A DNA stretch of 29,019 bases from Myxococcota bacterium (GCA_040386535.1 JAZKFH010000061.1:1-29019); one strand, 5' to 3'; positions 8,748 through 18,655 are shown, numbered from the stretch's first letter. Numbers and translations are program-made. The notes: generated by a model not told the origin, from the sequence alone.

Positions 8748-10000
8748 GCCCGGCGCCGCCGAGCCAGGAGCGCCACCGCCGCGATCGCGCCGAGCGCGCC
8801 CGTGACGGGAGATCCCGGGGTGTCGCAGCCGCAGCCGCCGATCTCTTCGGTCACGATGACCTCGTCCTCTCCCAACACATCCTCGTCATCGGGGTTCTCC
8901 GCGCTCTCCGCGTTGCCGGTGAGCGGGATGGTCATGCTCGGGATGGACGGGTCGTTGCTGGTGAGCACGAGGGTGGCGGTCTGGGGCCCCTCGACCGTGG
9001 GCGCGAACGTGATGACCAGGCCGTCGGTGGTGCCGGGGTTCGCGTTGAACTGCGTGGGGTAGACCGTGAACTCGCCGGAGCCCTCGATCGTGGCGTCACC
9101 GTACACGGGGAGGTTGCCGACGTTGGCCAGCGGCACCTCGAGGTTCGCGAGGGTGCCCGGGGCGATGGTGCCGAGGTCACCCGAGGACAGGCCGGGCTCG
9201 AGCAGCGGGAGCGGGAAGGAGTAGACCGCCGGCTCGAAGTCCTGCTGGAACGAGTCGGAGAGCAGCTCGAGCGGGATGTCGAAGCTGAAGAGGTCCTCGC
9301 AACCGAACACGGGGGCGCAGGCGGAGATGGTGGGGGTGAACACCAGATCGAACCGGGCGTCCCACATCGCGGTGAACACGGAGGCGACGAGGTAGTCCGG
9401 CGCGCGCTCCGGCTCCATCGTGGCGGGGGCGCCCTCGGTGAGGATGGTGCCCTCGTTGACCGCCCACTGCACGCCCTCGAAGCCGGCGGTGAAGGTGGGG
9501 GTCATGTCCGCCGTGAACTGGAAGTCGACCACGCCGAACAGCTGGTACGAGTAGTTGAGCAGCTCGGTGCCGGCGGCCGTGTCGACCACCTCGACCCGAT
9601 CGTCGGCCGCGCCGTCCATCACGAAGGGGTCGAAGAAGGTGGCGCCGTCCATGAAGATGGAGCGGCGGTCGATCTCGAACTCGTCGGTGTAGGTGCCCCA
9701 GAGATCGACCCGCACGGTGGCGACGGCGTCGATGCTCGCGTCGAGCAGGTAGATGCCGCTGCCCGGCTCGCCCGTGAAGTCGAGCGTGAGCGCCTCGGGC
9801 CACCACAACGAACCCTCGCCTTCCATCTCCACGCCCGCGCCGCCGTTCGCCTCGATGCGGAATTCCACCTGGAGCGGCGAGCCGCTGGGGATGAAGCCGG
9901 TCGAGACCTCGACGTTGGTGAAGAGATCCGCTTCGTCCCGCAGAAGGACGTCGACGGGCTCGGACTCGAAGGCGTAGGCAGAGGCGACCAGGATGAGCAT
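8744..10000 (-). CDS. Secreted acidic surface protein with Ig-like (ASH/choice-of-anchor D-like) domain and MYXO-CTERM sorting tail
   Basis: Signal peptide; N.G..P...F.P...G...ATLVLTSNDP Ig-like motif; tail GGCGC...ALGAIAAVALLARRRRA. Confidence 0.8.
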   Translation of the reverse strand: MLILVASAYAFESEPVDVLLRDEADLFTNVEVSTGFIPSGSPLQVEFRIEANGGAGVEMEGEGSLWWPEALTLDFTGEPGSGIYLLDASIDAVATVRVDLWGTYTDEFEIDRRSIFMDGATFFDPFVMDGAADDRVEVVDTAAGTELLNYSYQLFGVVDFQFTADMTPTFTAGFEGVQWAVNEGTILTEGAPATMEPERAPDYLVASVFTAMWDARFDLVFTPTISACAPVFGCEDLFSFDIPLELLSDSFQQDFEPAVYSFPLPLLEPGLSSGDLGTIAPGTLANLEVPLANVGNLPVYGDATIEGSGEFTVYPTQFNANPGTTDGLVITFAPTVEGPQTATLVLTSNDPSIPSMTIPLTGNAESAENPDDEDVLGEDEVIVTEEIGGCGCDTPGSPVTGALGAIAAVALLARRRRA

Positions 10001-10271
10001 GGCGCGAAGTCTACACCCGGAACGGTCCGCATGGATCTTTCGAAGAGGCGATCTTCTTCCTTGCCTGCCGGAGGGCGATCGGGTATTCCGGATGCGGCGG
10101 CAAAACCGCCGTTCCCGTTACGCTCCGTTCGCTCGATCGCTTGATCCGGTCTCATTTGATTCCGTTCCAGCCTTGTTCGACCTTAGGTAGTAGCAGGAAG
10201 ACCCTCGCACGAGGGCCTCATCGAATGGTCGATACAGGCTCTTGGGCAAGTTCAAAAGACCAGGAACAGTG

Positions 10272-10667
10272 ATGAACAACAAGCTCTATGTCGGCAACCT
10301 CCCCTTCAGCGCAACCGAAGCCGAGCTCAACAAGCTCTTCGGCGGCGTCGGCCAGGTCAGCCGCACCTCCATCGTCACCGATCGCGAGACCGGTCGCCCC
10401 CGCGGCTTCGCCTTCGTCGAGATGGCGACGGACGCCGAGGCCCAGGCCGCGGTGCAGAGCCTCGACGGGCAGAGCCTCGGTGGCCGCCAGATCCAGGTGA
10501 ACATCGCCCGCCCCCGCGAAGAGCGTAGCGGCGGCGGTGGTGGCTTCGGTGGCGGCGGCGGTGGCCGTGGCGGTGGCGGCGGCGGTGGTGGCGGCCGTGG
10601 CGGCGGCGGCGGCGGCTTCGGTGGTGGTGGCGGCGGCGGTGGCCGCGGCGGCGACAACCGCTGGTAG
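10272..10667 (+). CDS. RRM (RNP-1) RNA-binding protein with Gly/Arg-rich tail
   Basis: RNP2 KLYVGNL, DRETGRPRGFAFVEM (RNP1), VNIARPREER, poly-Gly tail; AGGA upstream of ATG 10272. Confidence 0.93.
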   Translation: MNNKLYVGNLPFSATEAELNKLFGGVGQVSRTSIVTDRETGRPRGFAFVEMATDAEAQAAVQSLDGQSLGGRQIQVNIARPREERSGGGGGFGGGGGGRGGGGGGGGGRGGGGGGFGGGGGGGGRGGDNRW

Positions 10668-10696
10668 GCAGCTTCCTCGCCTGACGGCGAGGTAGC

Positions 10697-10743
10697 AACA
10701 AGGTGAGGGCGTCCGGGAAACCGGGCGCCCTCTCCTTGTTTTT
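10697..10743 (+). terminator. Rho-independent terminator
   Basis: AACAAGG-T-GAGGGCGTCCGG-GAAA-CCGGGCGCCCTC-T-CCTTGTT-TTT, 30 bp after the stop codon. Confidence 0.85.
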
Positions 10744-10945
10744 GGGGCGCGGGGGCGGTCGAGCGGTGGGGAGCGGGCATCGCGAGCGAGGCGAGCGAGG
10801 CGGCGACCGCATGCGGGCGCAGCGGGCGCGGCGCGCGTGGAGAGAGAAGTCGCACGCGCTCGGGCCATGGAGGAGGCATCATCCGGGAGGATCGCCGACT
10901 TGGCGGCGAGGCGGTCATCGACGTGGGGGCGCCCCGCGCGGACGC

Positions 10946-11074
10946 GGGCAGGTCGGCTCCGGGCGCGCGGCTGGCGCCGCTTGGTCGGCCGGGCCGTCAT
11001 CCTCGTGCTCGGGTTCACCGGCGCGCCCGGCCGGACCAGCCGCCAGGGGCGGCTGCCCTCCGCGCCCTTGGCGC
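10946..11074. repeat. Dispersed intergenic repeat, copy 1 (others at 22694-22826 and about 28664-28765)
   Basis: Shared blocks GCTTGGTCGGCCGG, CGCCCGGCCGGACCAGCCGCC and GGCGGCTGCCCTCCGCGCCCTTGGCGC. Confidence 0.8.
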
Positions 11075-11186
11075 ACGGCCCCCAGCGCAGACCCGACGCG
11101 CGACGATCCCCGCGAGGGAGCCGCCGGCCGGACCGGAACGGCGCCATCCAGGTAAGGTCGAGCGTTGCCCGACCAACTTTCGCCAT

Positions 11187-11672
11187 ACGGACGAAACCCG
11201 CCTACCTGTTGGACAGGTCCCCGGACTTCGTCCGCCCCACGGACGAAACCCGCCTACCTGTTGGACAGGTCCCCGGAGTTCGTGTGGTCCACTTCAGTCG
11301 CTCACCCGGCGTCGGCTCCCGAGCGGGGACCTGCTCGACAGGGGGTGCCTCCGTGGCCGAGAGGAGAGCGGGGAGCGCGGGGAGGCCAACTGGGACGGTG
11401 CCAAACGCGAGGGGTGGCGCCTCACCTCGGCCGTTGGTCACCCGCACGGTGGCAAACGCGAGGGGTGGCGCCTCACCCCGGCCGTTCGTCACCCGCAGGG
11501 TGCCAAACGCGAGGGGTGGCGCCTCACCCCGGCCGTTCGTCACCCGCAGAAGAACTCTCGGCTTCCATGGCCCGGCTCAGCAACCGACTGAAGTGGAACA
11601 CACCCCCCGGCCTTCGTCCGCCACACGGACGAGACCCGCCTACCTGTTGGACAGGTCCCGGACTTCGTCCGC
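11187..11672. repeat. Composite mosaic (BIME-like) of 52-bp and 51-bp hairpin repeats
   Basis: 52-bp unit (ACGGACGAAACCCGCCTACCTGTTGGACAGGTCCCCGGACTTCGTCCGCCCC) at 11187, 11239 and about 11625; 51-bp unit three times at 11396-11548; inverted 19-mers at 11282-11300 and 11585-11603. Confidence 0.9.
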
Positions 11673-12074
11673 GGGGCGACGTGCCGGGTGATGCGCGGAT
11701 CACGTTGCGGCCGCGCCTTCACTACCGCTGCTGAACTGTACGCCCACGCTGACCGCGAGGCGGTCATGGCGGTGGGATCGTCCGGGATGGTGGCCGGTGG
11801 GCGGCCATGGAGGGGGTACCTGCTCGCCAGGGGGGGCCTCGGTGGCCGCGCCGACACAGGAGCACGCCGCGCGAAGGGGGCCGGAGAGCGCCGCGGGCGC
11901 GGGAGATCCCGGGCCCGGAGGGCGAGACGGTGCACGATGCCCGTGGCGGTCGGCCCGCGCGCAGCGGGACGACGGAGGCCCTTGGGCCGACCTCGGAGGA
12001 CACCTGGCCCCGACCGTCCGCGGGCGGGGACGCGCCCGGATGCTGCCGACGCGGCGGTGACGACCCGCCTCGGC

Positions 12075-13892
12075 TCAGGGCGAGCCCTCGGGGGGCGCGA
12101 ACTGGGGGCCCATGCGGGGCGGGGCCATGGCGGTGGCGCGGGTGGCCTGGTCGGTGGTCCAGCGGGCGGCGTCGGAGGGGGGCGTGGCGACGGCGGGCAC
12201 GGGCCAGACGGTGGCGCACCCCGCCACGATGCGCGCGCCGAGCGCCTGATCGAGGGCCGCGGCGGCGCGTGGGGGGCCGTACTCGCAGCCGTGGGTGAGC
12301 AGGACGGCGCCGAAGCCGGCGTCGGCCAGGAGCCAGGCGCTGGCGCGGAGATCGTCGTCGGAGACGGTGGCGCCGGAGAGGGCGGTGGCGAGCGGGAGGG
12401 CGGCGGTCCAGTAGAGGCCCTCGGGGCCCCAGTGGTCGACGCGCTCGATGGGGACGGTGGAGAAGGGGCGGTCGAGGACGAGCTGGGCGGCGATGCCGCG
12501 GGTGCGGCTCTCGGGGTCGACGCGGGAGAGCCAGGACTGGCCGACGTTGTCGGCGCCAGGAACCGCCGAGCGTGTGAACACGGTGAGGTCGGCTACGGCG
12601 CCGGGGGGGAGGGCGGCGAGCGCGGCGGGGTCGACCGCGACGCGCGGGAGCACGATGGTGGCGCGGGGCCACGGCACCAGATCCCCCCACGCGACCTCGA
12701 CGACGGCGGCCGGGATCAGCAGCAGCACCCACGGCCACCGCGCCGCGAGCGCGCCGAGCACGGCGAGGGCCAGGGTGGGCACCACGACGAAGCGGGCGGG
12801 GAAGTTCATCGGCTCGGCCACCCACGCGAGGGCGCGGTTGATCGTCGCGAGCGGCAACACCACCCGCCCGCTGCCGGCGGCGACGAGGGCGCCATCCCAC
12901 CAGAGCACGGTGCCCAGCGAGAGGACGAGGCCGCCCGCCCCCACGATCAGCCAGGGCACGGCCTTGCGGGGGGCCGCCGCCACGCCGAGCACGGCGAGCA
13001 GGAGCGGGATCCAGCCGAGGTACCGGCCGCCGGTGTAGGACAGGGTCTGGCGGTCGGCGGTGCCGGCCTCGCGCGGGGTGAGGAGCTCGACGGGGTCGAG
13101 CGCGGCGCCGCGGAAGGTGTCGAGATCGTGCCGCATCGTCATCCACTGGCCGAACGAGTCGGCGCCACGCTGCTCGGAAGGCGCGTAGTTGGCGGAGAAA
13201 CCCTGGATGACGGGGACGACGATGGCGAGGGAGAGGACCGCGGCCGCCGCGTAGCCGCCGAGGAGCTTGGGCCAGGGGCGCAGGGTGGCGAGCGCGTAGA
13301 GCGACACGGCGGTGGCGAGGAAGAAGCCGTGGTAGAAGCACGAGAGGGTGGCGCCGGCCAGGGTGAGGGCGAGGGCGCCGAACCAGCGGGGGGCGAGGGT
13401 GGTGCGCGCCTTGACGAGGCAGGCGAGGCCGAGCGGGATCCACCAGGTCTGCCGGAGCTCGCCGACGCCGACGTGCTGGGTGAACGCGGCGAAGGCGGAG
13501 CCCTGGGCGAGCGCGCCCGCGACGAAGGCGCCGAGCGGCCGCTCGCTCACCAGCTTGCCGAGCCAGCCCGCGCACAGGCCGAGCAGGAACAGGTGGAGCA
13601 CGGCCAACGCGTTCGACAAGGGGACGGGTGAGAGCGGGATCACCAGCGAGAGCAGGCCGTTGAGCGGCTCGATGGGCCAGAGCGCGAGGCCGGTGGGGAA
13701 GTTGACCAGGTCGCTCTGGAGGCCGGCGGGGCCGCTGAACGCCTCCGCGCGCATCCACCAGAGGTTCCAGAGGTGCTTGACGCCGTCACCCTCGACGCTG
13801 CCGACGGCCTCGGTCCAGAACCGCGCGGGCGCGGGCCAGGTGAGCGCGAGCGCGAGGACCAGCGACTGGAGCGGGAAGAGCCAGCGGAGCAC
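12075..13892 (-). CDS. Multi-pass membrane protein, GT-C fold glycosyltransferase-like (YfhO-like)
   Basis: GTG start; more than 10 TM helices; DG..HLWNLWW, NFPTG, YHGFF, YLGW and FPARF motifs typical of polyprenol-sugar-dependent transferase-like proteins. Confidence 0.7.
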   Translation of the reverse strand: MLRWLFPLQSLVLALALTWPAPARFWTEAVGSVEGDGVKHLWNLWWMRAEAFSGPAGLQSDLVNFPTGLALWPIEPLNGLLSLVIPLSPVPLSNALAVLHLFLLGLCAGWLGKLVSERPLGAFVAGALAQGSAFAAFTQHVGVGELRQTWWIPLGLACLVKARTTLAPRWFGALALTLAGATLSCFYHGFFLATAVSLYALATLRPWPKLLGGYAAAAVLSLAIVVPVIQGFSANYAPSEQRGADSFGQWMTMRHDLDTFRGAALDPVELLTPREAGTADRQTLSYTGGRYLGWIPLLLAVLGVAAAPRKAVPWLIVGAGGLVLSLGTVLWWDGALVAAGSGRVVLPLATINRALAWVAEPMNFPARFVVVPTLALAVLGALAARWPWVLLLIPAAVVEVAWGDLVPWPRATIVLPRVAVDPAALAALPPGAVADLTVFTRSAVPGADNVGQSWLSRVDPESRTRGIAAQLVLDRPFSTVPIERVDHWGPEGLYWTAALPLATALSGATVSDDDLRASAWLLADAGFGAVLLTHGCEYGPPRAAAALDQALGARIVAGCATVWPVPAVATPPSDAARWTTDQATRATAMAPPRMGPQFAPPEGSP

Positions 13893-13895
13893 GGT

Positions 13896-14399
13896 TTAGA
13901 ACGACCAGCCGAGGTTCAGGTTGAGGAGGGGGATGAAGCGGGCTTTGCGCGCTGTCGCCCTTTCGATGCCGCGCGTTTCCGTCAGGAGGGTGGACTGGTG
14001 CTGCGCGCCCAGCTGCGCCTCGAAAGAGAGGCCGAAACGCGCGGCGATCTTGTAGCCGACGAAGGGCCCGATGACGGCGCTGTCGCCGGTCGCCAGGATG
14101 TCGCCTCGTTGCTGGGACGCGTGGGCGTAGCGGAGCTCGGCACCCAGCTGCATCCCGTGATCGAACGAGCCGACGACGTAGTAGCGGCCCGACGCGCCCA
14201 CCTCGACGGTCGTGACCCCCGAGGGGACGCCGACCCCCAGGATGCCGGCCACGCCGAGCTTGTCGAGCACCCGGCCCTCGCCGGTGACCTCGGCCGTGGC
14301 GAGGAACACGTGGACCGGCGAGAACGTGATGGAGACGTGCTTGTCGTAGGGCGGCTTGTCGCTCGCGGACGCGGTGTCGAGCAGGGCGAGGGCGAGCAT
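13896..14399 (-). CDS. Small outer-membrane beta-barrel protein (DUF3575-like)
   Basis: Signal peptide, alternating beta-strand pattern (GRYYVVG, GPFVGYK), C-terminal beta-signal LNLNLGWSF. Confidence 0.75.
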   Translation of the reverse strand: MLALALLDTASASDKPPYDKHVSITFSPVHVFLATAEVTGEGRVLDKLGVAGILGVGVPSGVTTVEVGASGRYYVVGSFDHGMQLGAELRYAHASQQRGDILATGDSAVIGPFVGYKIAARFGLSFEAQLGAQHQSTLLTETRGIERATARKARFIPLLNLNLGWSF

Positions 14400-14491
14400 G
14401 GGCGCTCCGGGCACTTACGGTAGCACGGGGGCGGATCGTGCCGTCGTTTCTGGGATGTCCGAGTAGAGTGGCCGCCCTTCGAGAGCCCCCC

Positions 14492-16630
14492 ATGCGCGTC
14501 CTGCTCACCTTGTCCCTCGCCACCGTGCTGTTCACCGGCTGCCGCAAGGAGGAGGGCGACGTGAAGGACACGGATCCCGTCGTCACGCTCGCGGACGTGG
14601 ACGGCGACGGGTTCGACGAGGAGTCCGACTGTGACGACGCGGACGCGGCCACGAACCCCGACGCCGCCGAGGTGTGCGACGGCGCGGACAACAACTGCGA
14701 CGGCGCGGTGGACGAGGGGGTGGCCGAGGCGACCTGGTACGCGGACGCCGATGGCGACGGCTACGGCGACGAAGCGAGCGCCACCTCGGCGTGTGTCGCG
14801 CCGGCCGGCGCGGTGGCCGCGGCGGGGGACTGCGACGACACCGACGCGGCCTGGCACCCGGGCGTGGTGGAGGACGACTGCACCGATCCGAACGACTACA
14901 ACTGCGACGGCTCGGTCGGCTACGCGGACGCCGATGGCGACGGGTTCGCCGCGTGCGCCGAGTGTGACGACACGGCCGCTGCCGTGAACCCCGCCGCCAC
15001 CGAGGTGTGCAACGGCGCCGACGACGACTGCGACGGCGCGATCGACGACGCGGACGGGAGCGTCGATCTCGCGGGCGCCGCGACCTGGTACGTCGACGCG
15101 GACGCGGACGGCTACGGCGACGACGCCAGCGCCACGATCGCGTGCGAGGCGCCCGGCGGCGCGGTGGCCGCGGCGGGGGACTGCGACGACACCGACGCGG
15201 CCTGGCACCCGGGCGTGGTGGAGGACGACTGCACCGATCCGAACGACTACAACTGCGACGGCTCGGTCGGCTACGCGGACGCCGATGGCGACGGGTTCGC
15301 CGCGTGCGCCGAGTGTGACGACACGGCCGCTGCCGTGAACCCCGCCGCCACCGAGGTGTGCAACGGCGCCGACGACGACTGCGACGGCGCGGTCGACGAC
15401 GCGGACAGGAGCCTGGACGCCTCGACCGCCGCCACCTGGTACGGCGATGGCGACGGCGACACGTACGGCGATCCCGACGCCACGGTGCTCGCCTGCCTCC
15501 AGCCCGCGGGCACCGTCGTGGACGCCACCGACTGCGACGATGGCCGCAGCGCAATCAACCCCGGCGCGACCGAGGTGTGCAACGGCACGGACGACGACTG
15601 CGACGGCGCGGTCGACGACGCGGACGGGAGCCTCGACGGCGCGACGCGGTCCAGCTGGTACAGCGACTCCGACGGCGACACATACGGCGATCCCGGCTCC
15701 GTCGCGGCGGCCTGTGTCGTGCCCGAGGGCTCCGTGGCCGACGCGTCCGACTGCGACGACACGGCCGCTGCCGTGAACCCCGGCGCTGCCGAGGTGTGCA
15801 ACCGGGTGGACGACGACTGCGACGGCGCGGTCGACCCCGGCCTGCTCGGCGCGGGCGCGGAGTGTGCGGCGTCGTCGTGCGCGGACATCCTGGCCGCCGG
15901 CGCCTCGACGGGCGACGGCCCCTACTTCCTCGAGGGGGAGAGCGGCGCGGTGTTCGGCGCGGTGTGTGACATGACGACCGACGGCGGCGGGTGGACCCTC
16001 GTGGGCTCGATCGTCAACGACATCTTCACGACCGGCGCGCACATTCGCAGCTGGGGCACCTACGCGGCGTGGACCGACGCCACGACGTTCGGTAGCGCGG
16101 ACGCTCGCCTGACCGCCGACTACAAGGGCGAGGCGTGGTCGGACATCCCCGGAGACGACGTGCTCGTCGTGACCGACGAGTACTCGTTCGCGTTCGCGAA
16201 CGTGGTGGGCGGGCAGTCGTTCTCGGACCACGTGGCCGCCGAGTACACGAGCGACACCTGCAACACGAACTTCCTCGCCTCGGGCGCCGACTGGTTCGAA
16301 GGGATCACCGCCGCGCAGGCGAGCGCGTTCTCGTGGGTGGTCCGCCCGTGGGACAACAACGCGACGTGTTTCCCCATGGGCAACGAGAACGCGATCATCG
16401 GCGTACAGCTTACCGAGTGCTGCTGGACGCCGGGCATGGGCAACACCCCGTCCGGCTACCCCACCTGGGACGACTACGATCTGTCGCTCCTCCAGGCCGA
16501 CCGCCTCGCCGTCGTGTCCTGTACGGCCGGCGAGTACCCGTGCAACGACAACGGCGTGCAGTTCACGAACGCGAGCAGCGGCTACACCTACGAGACCAAG
16601 GTGGTCTACGCCGAGACGTACGTGCGGTGA
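14492..16630 (+). CDS. Lipoprotein with MopE-related (putative metal-binding) Cys/Asp repeats and C-terminal fibrinogen/intelectin-like domain
   Basis: Lipobox FTGC; repeated DCDD....PGA.EVC...DDDCDG and WY.D.DGDGYG; C-terminal SCADI..DG.YFL..CDMTTDGGGWTLV. Confidence 0.88.
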   Translation: MRVLLTLSLATVLFTGCRKEEGDVKDTDPVVTLADVDGDGFDEESDCDDADAATNPDAAEVCDGADNNCDGAVDEGVAEATWYADADGDGYGDEASATSACVAPAGAVAAAGDCDDTDAAWHPGVVEDDCTDPNDYNCDGSVGYADADGDGFAACAECDDTAAAVNPAATEVCNGADDDCDGAIDDADGSVDLAGAATWYVDADADGYGDDASATIACEAPGGAVAAAGDCDDTDAAWHPGVVEDDCTDPNDYNCDGSVGYADADGDGFAACAECDDTAAAVNPAATEVCNGADDDCDGAVDDADRSLDASTAATWYGDGDGDTYGDPDATVLACLQPAGTVVDATDCDDGRSAINPGATEVCNGTDDDCDGAVDDADGSLDGATRSSWYSDSDGDTYGDPGSVAAACVVPEGSVADASDCDDTAAAVNPGAAEVCNRVDDDCDGAVDPGLLGAGAECAASSCADILAAGASTGDGPYFLEGESGAVFGAVCDMTTDGGGWTLVGSIVNDIFTTGAHIRSWGTYAAWTDATTFGSADARLTADYKGEAWSDIPGDDVLVVTDEYSFAFANVVGGQSFSDHVAAEYTSDTCNTNFLASGADWFEGITAAQASAFSWVVRPWDNNATCFPMGNENAIIGVQLTECCWTPGMGNTPSGYPTWDDYDLSLLQADRLAVVSCTAGEYPCNDNGVQFTNASSGYTYETKVVYAETYVR
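14806..15391 (+). repeat. Identical 235-bp intragenic duplication (period 351 bp)
   Basis: 14806-15040 matches 15157-15391 base for base by eye. Confidence 0.85.
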
Positions 16631-16665
16631 CCTTCTGGGGCCTCGGTGGTATGCCGGGGCCTCGG

Positions 16666-18108
16666 CTACCGCTTGCGCGCCAGCGTGTGGCGATCGATGC
16701 CGAGCGCTCGCGCTGCCGCGGAGAGGTTGTCCGGATGGGCGGCCAGCGCGGCGGCGATCGCGCGGCGCTCGGCGCGCTCGACGGCTACGGCGAGCGGCTC
16801 CACGGCGCCTGCTTCCGCGGCGGGCAGCTCCGCGGCGTCGCCCCGGATCTCGGGGGCGAGATCGGCGATCCGGACGGTGGTGTCGCAGAAGACCGTCCAC
16901 CGCAGGACCTCAGCGCGGAGCTCGCGCACGTTGCCGGGCCAGCGCCACGCGCGGAGCGCCGCCCAGGCCGACGGCGTGGGCGTGAGCGGACGCCCGCCGA
17001 GGAAGGTGGCGACGAGGCGCTCGAGATCGCCGGGGCGGTCGCGGAGCGGCGGCGCCTCGAGGGTGGCGCCGCGGAGGCGATACCAGAGATCCTCGCGGAA
17101 GGTGCCCGCCCGGACCATGGCGGGCAGGTCGCGGTGGGTGGCGGCGATCACGCGCACGTCGACCTTCACGGGGCGCTCGCCGCCGACGCGCCGGACCGCG
17201 CCCTCCTGGAGCACGCGGAGCAGCATGACCTGCACGCGGGGCGGCATCTCGCCCACCTCGTCGAGCAGGAGGGTGCCGCCGTGGGCCTGCTCGAACAGGC
17301 CGCGGCGCCGCCCCGCGGCGCCCGTGAACGCACCGCGCTCGTGTCCGAACAACTCGCTGGTGAGGACGCCCTCCTCGAAGGCGGCGCAGTTCTCGGCCAC
17401 GTAGGGCCCCTTCGCACGCGGGCTCGCCTCGTGGATCGCGCGCGCCACGAGCTCCTTGCCGGTGCCGGTCTCGCCGTGGATGAGCACGGGCACGTCCGCC
17501 GCGGCGACCCGCGCGATGCGCGCCCGCAGCGCCACGATCGGGGGGCTCTCGCCCACGAGATCGCCCGCCACGCGCGCCTCGGCGCGGAGCCGGCCCACCT
17601 CGGCCCGGAGCGCGCGGATCTCGGGGAACCCCGCGAAGTCGAGGCGCACCTCCCGCACGGGGCTCGGGTGCGGGTCGGGCACGAACGCGGGCGGGACGAC
17701 CTGGAGCATGCGCGCGCGGAGGATCTCGGCCTGCACGAGCAACACCCAGGTGGTCTGCGCCTGGGGTGTGCCGGCGGAGAGCAACACGTCGACCGCGAGG
17801 GGTGGGAGCGCGTCGAGCACCTCGGGGAGGGCGCCGAAGAGCGCGGCGTGGTCGGACGGGTCGCGGATGGGGACGACGACGAGCTCGACGCGCGGCCCGC
17901 GATCGCGCACCTCGGCCGCCAGGACCGCGGCGGCCTCGGCGCCGTCCAGCAGCGTGAGGATGCGCACCTCGGCGTAGGGGCCGGCGTGATCGAGCAGGCG
18001 CAGCACGGGGCCGATGTCGGCGGCGTCGCGCGGGCGGTGGTGGGGGAGCGGGCGCCCCAGCCCACGGTCGGACCAGGTCAGGAGGAGGCGCGGCGGGGGG
18101 GAGGACAT
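16666..18108 (-). CDS. rtcR: RtcR-family sigma-54-dependent activator (CARF-like sensor, AAA+, Fis-type HTH)
   Basis: N-terminal DPSDH..LF..L and [16 protein letters not shown] (RtcR/CARF-like); [56 protein letters not shown]. Likely start 18108 (track gives 18153). Confidence 0.85.
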   Translation of the reverse strand: MSSPPPRLLLTWSDRGLGRPLPHHRPRDAADIGPVLRLLDHAGPYAEVRILTLLDGAEAAAVLAAEVRDRGPRVELVVVPIRDPSDHAALFGALPEVLDALPPLAVDVLLSAGTPQAQTTWVLLVQAEILRARMLQVVPPAFVPDPHPSPVREVRLDFAGFPEIRALRAEVGRLRAEARVAGDLVGESPPIVALRARIARVAAADVPVLIHGETGTGKELVARAIHEASPRAKGPYVAENCAAFEEGVLTSELFGHERGAFTGAAGRRRGLFEQAHGGTLLLDEVGEMPPRVQVMLLRVLQEGAVRRVGGERPVKVDVRVIAATHRDLPAMVRAGTFREDLWYRLRGATLEAPPLRDRPGDLERLVATFLGGRPLTPTPSAWAALRAWRWPGNVRELRAEVLRWTVFCDTTVRIADLAPEIRGDAAELPAAEAGAVEPLAVAVERAERRAIAAALAAHPDNLSAAARALGIDRHTLARKR

Positions 18109-18117
18109 GGGGGTGGA

Positions 18118-18163
18118 TGATACATCGGTGATACATGATGCGTGGGGCGCCATGTGTCAGTGG
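18118..18163. promoter_or_regulatory. Candidate RtcR binding sites upstream of rtcR
   Basis: TGATACAT at 18118 and 18129 (11-bp spacing) and inverted ATGTGTCA at 18152; AT-rich against the background. Confidence 0.55.
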
Positions 18164-18313
18164 GGTCGGGGCGCGAGACGCCTGGAGGGCGCGCGGCCGC
18201 GGCCGCGCGGTTCGGCACCCGGCGCGGGCGCCGCCGTGCCAACGGAGGCCGGAGGCCGACCCCGGCGGGGGACGACCCCGGCGCTCTGGCCGGGGGCGCG
18301 CACGGATCGGCCG

Positions 18314-18655
18314 CTATGCGACCTCGGCGGTCTCGAACTCCAGGCCCCCGCTCATCCCGAGCGCGACGTTGATGATGAGGCCGTAGAGCAGGCCGAACAG
18401 GAAGCCGACGACGCCGTAGAAGATGGGCACGAGGATGACGACGGCGAGCGCGACTACGACGCCCATGCCGAGGCTCGCTCCGCCGCCGAGCAGGGCGTTG
18501 TCGCCCCCGGAGCCGAGCGCGCCGGCCATGCCGAGCAGCGACATGATGAGGATGATGGCTGCGTAGAAGAGCGCGAAGACGAAGGACATGGCGGCCATGG
18601 ACATCCCGAGCAGCTTGGCCAGGGAGAAGACGCCGATTCGCTTGAGGACCCGCAT
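18314..18655 (-). CDS. Small two-TM membrane protein, DUF3566-like (113 aa)
   Basis: MRVLKRIGVFSLAKLLG...INVALGMSGGLEFE pattern; C-terminal part of ORF 18314..19546. Confidence 0.75.
   Translation of the reverse strand: MRVLKRIGVFSLAKLLGMSMAAMSFVFALFYAAIILIMSLLGMAGALGSGGDNALLGGGASLGMGVVVALAVVILVPIFYGVVGFLFGLLYGLIINVALGMSGGLEFETAEVA

Noticed and set aside
11187..11672. CRISPR array or hammerhead ribozyme (GGACGAAAC and CTGAAG seen)
   Set aside because: Units are tandem without unique spacers; no CUGANGA core correctly placed before the GAAA stem
10703..12070. ORFs spanning the repeat mosaic (e.g. 10837..11691, 11165..11734)
   Set aside because: They translate DNA hairpin repeats, with no RBS, codon bias or domain
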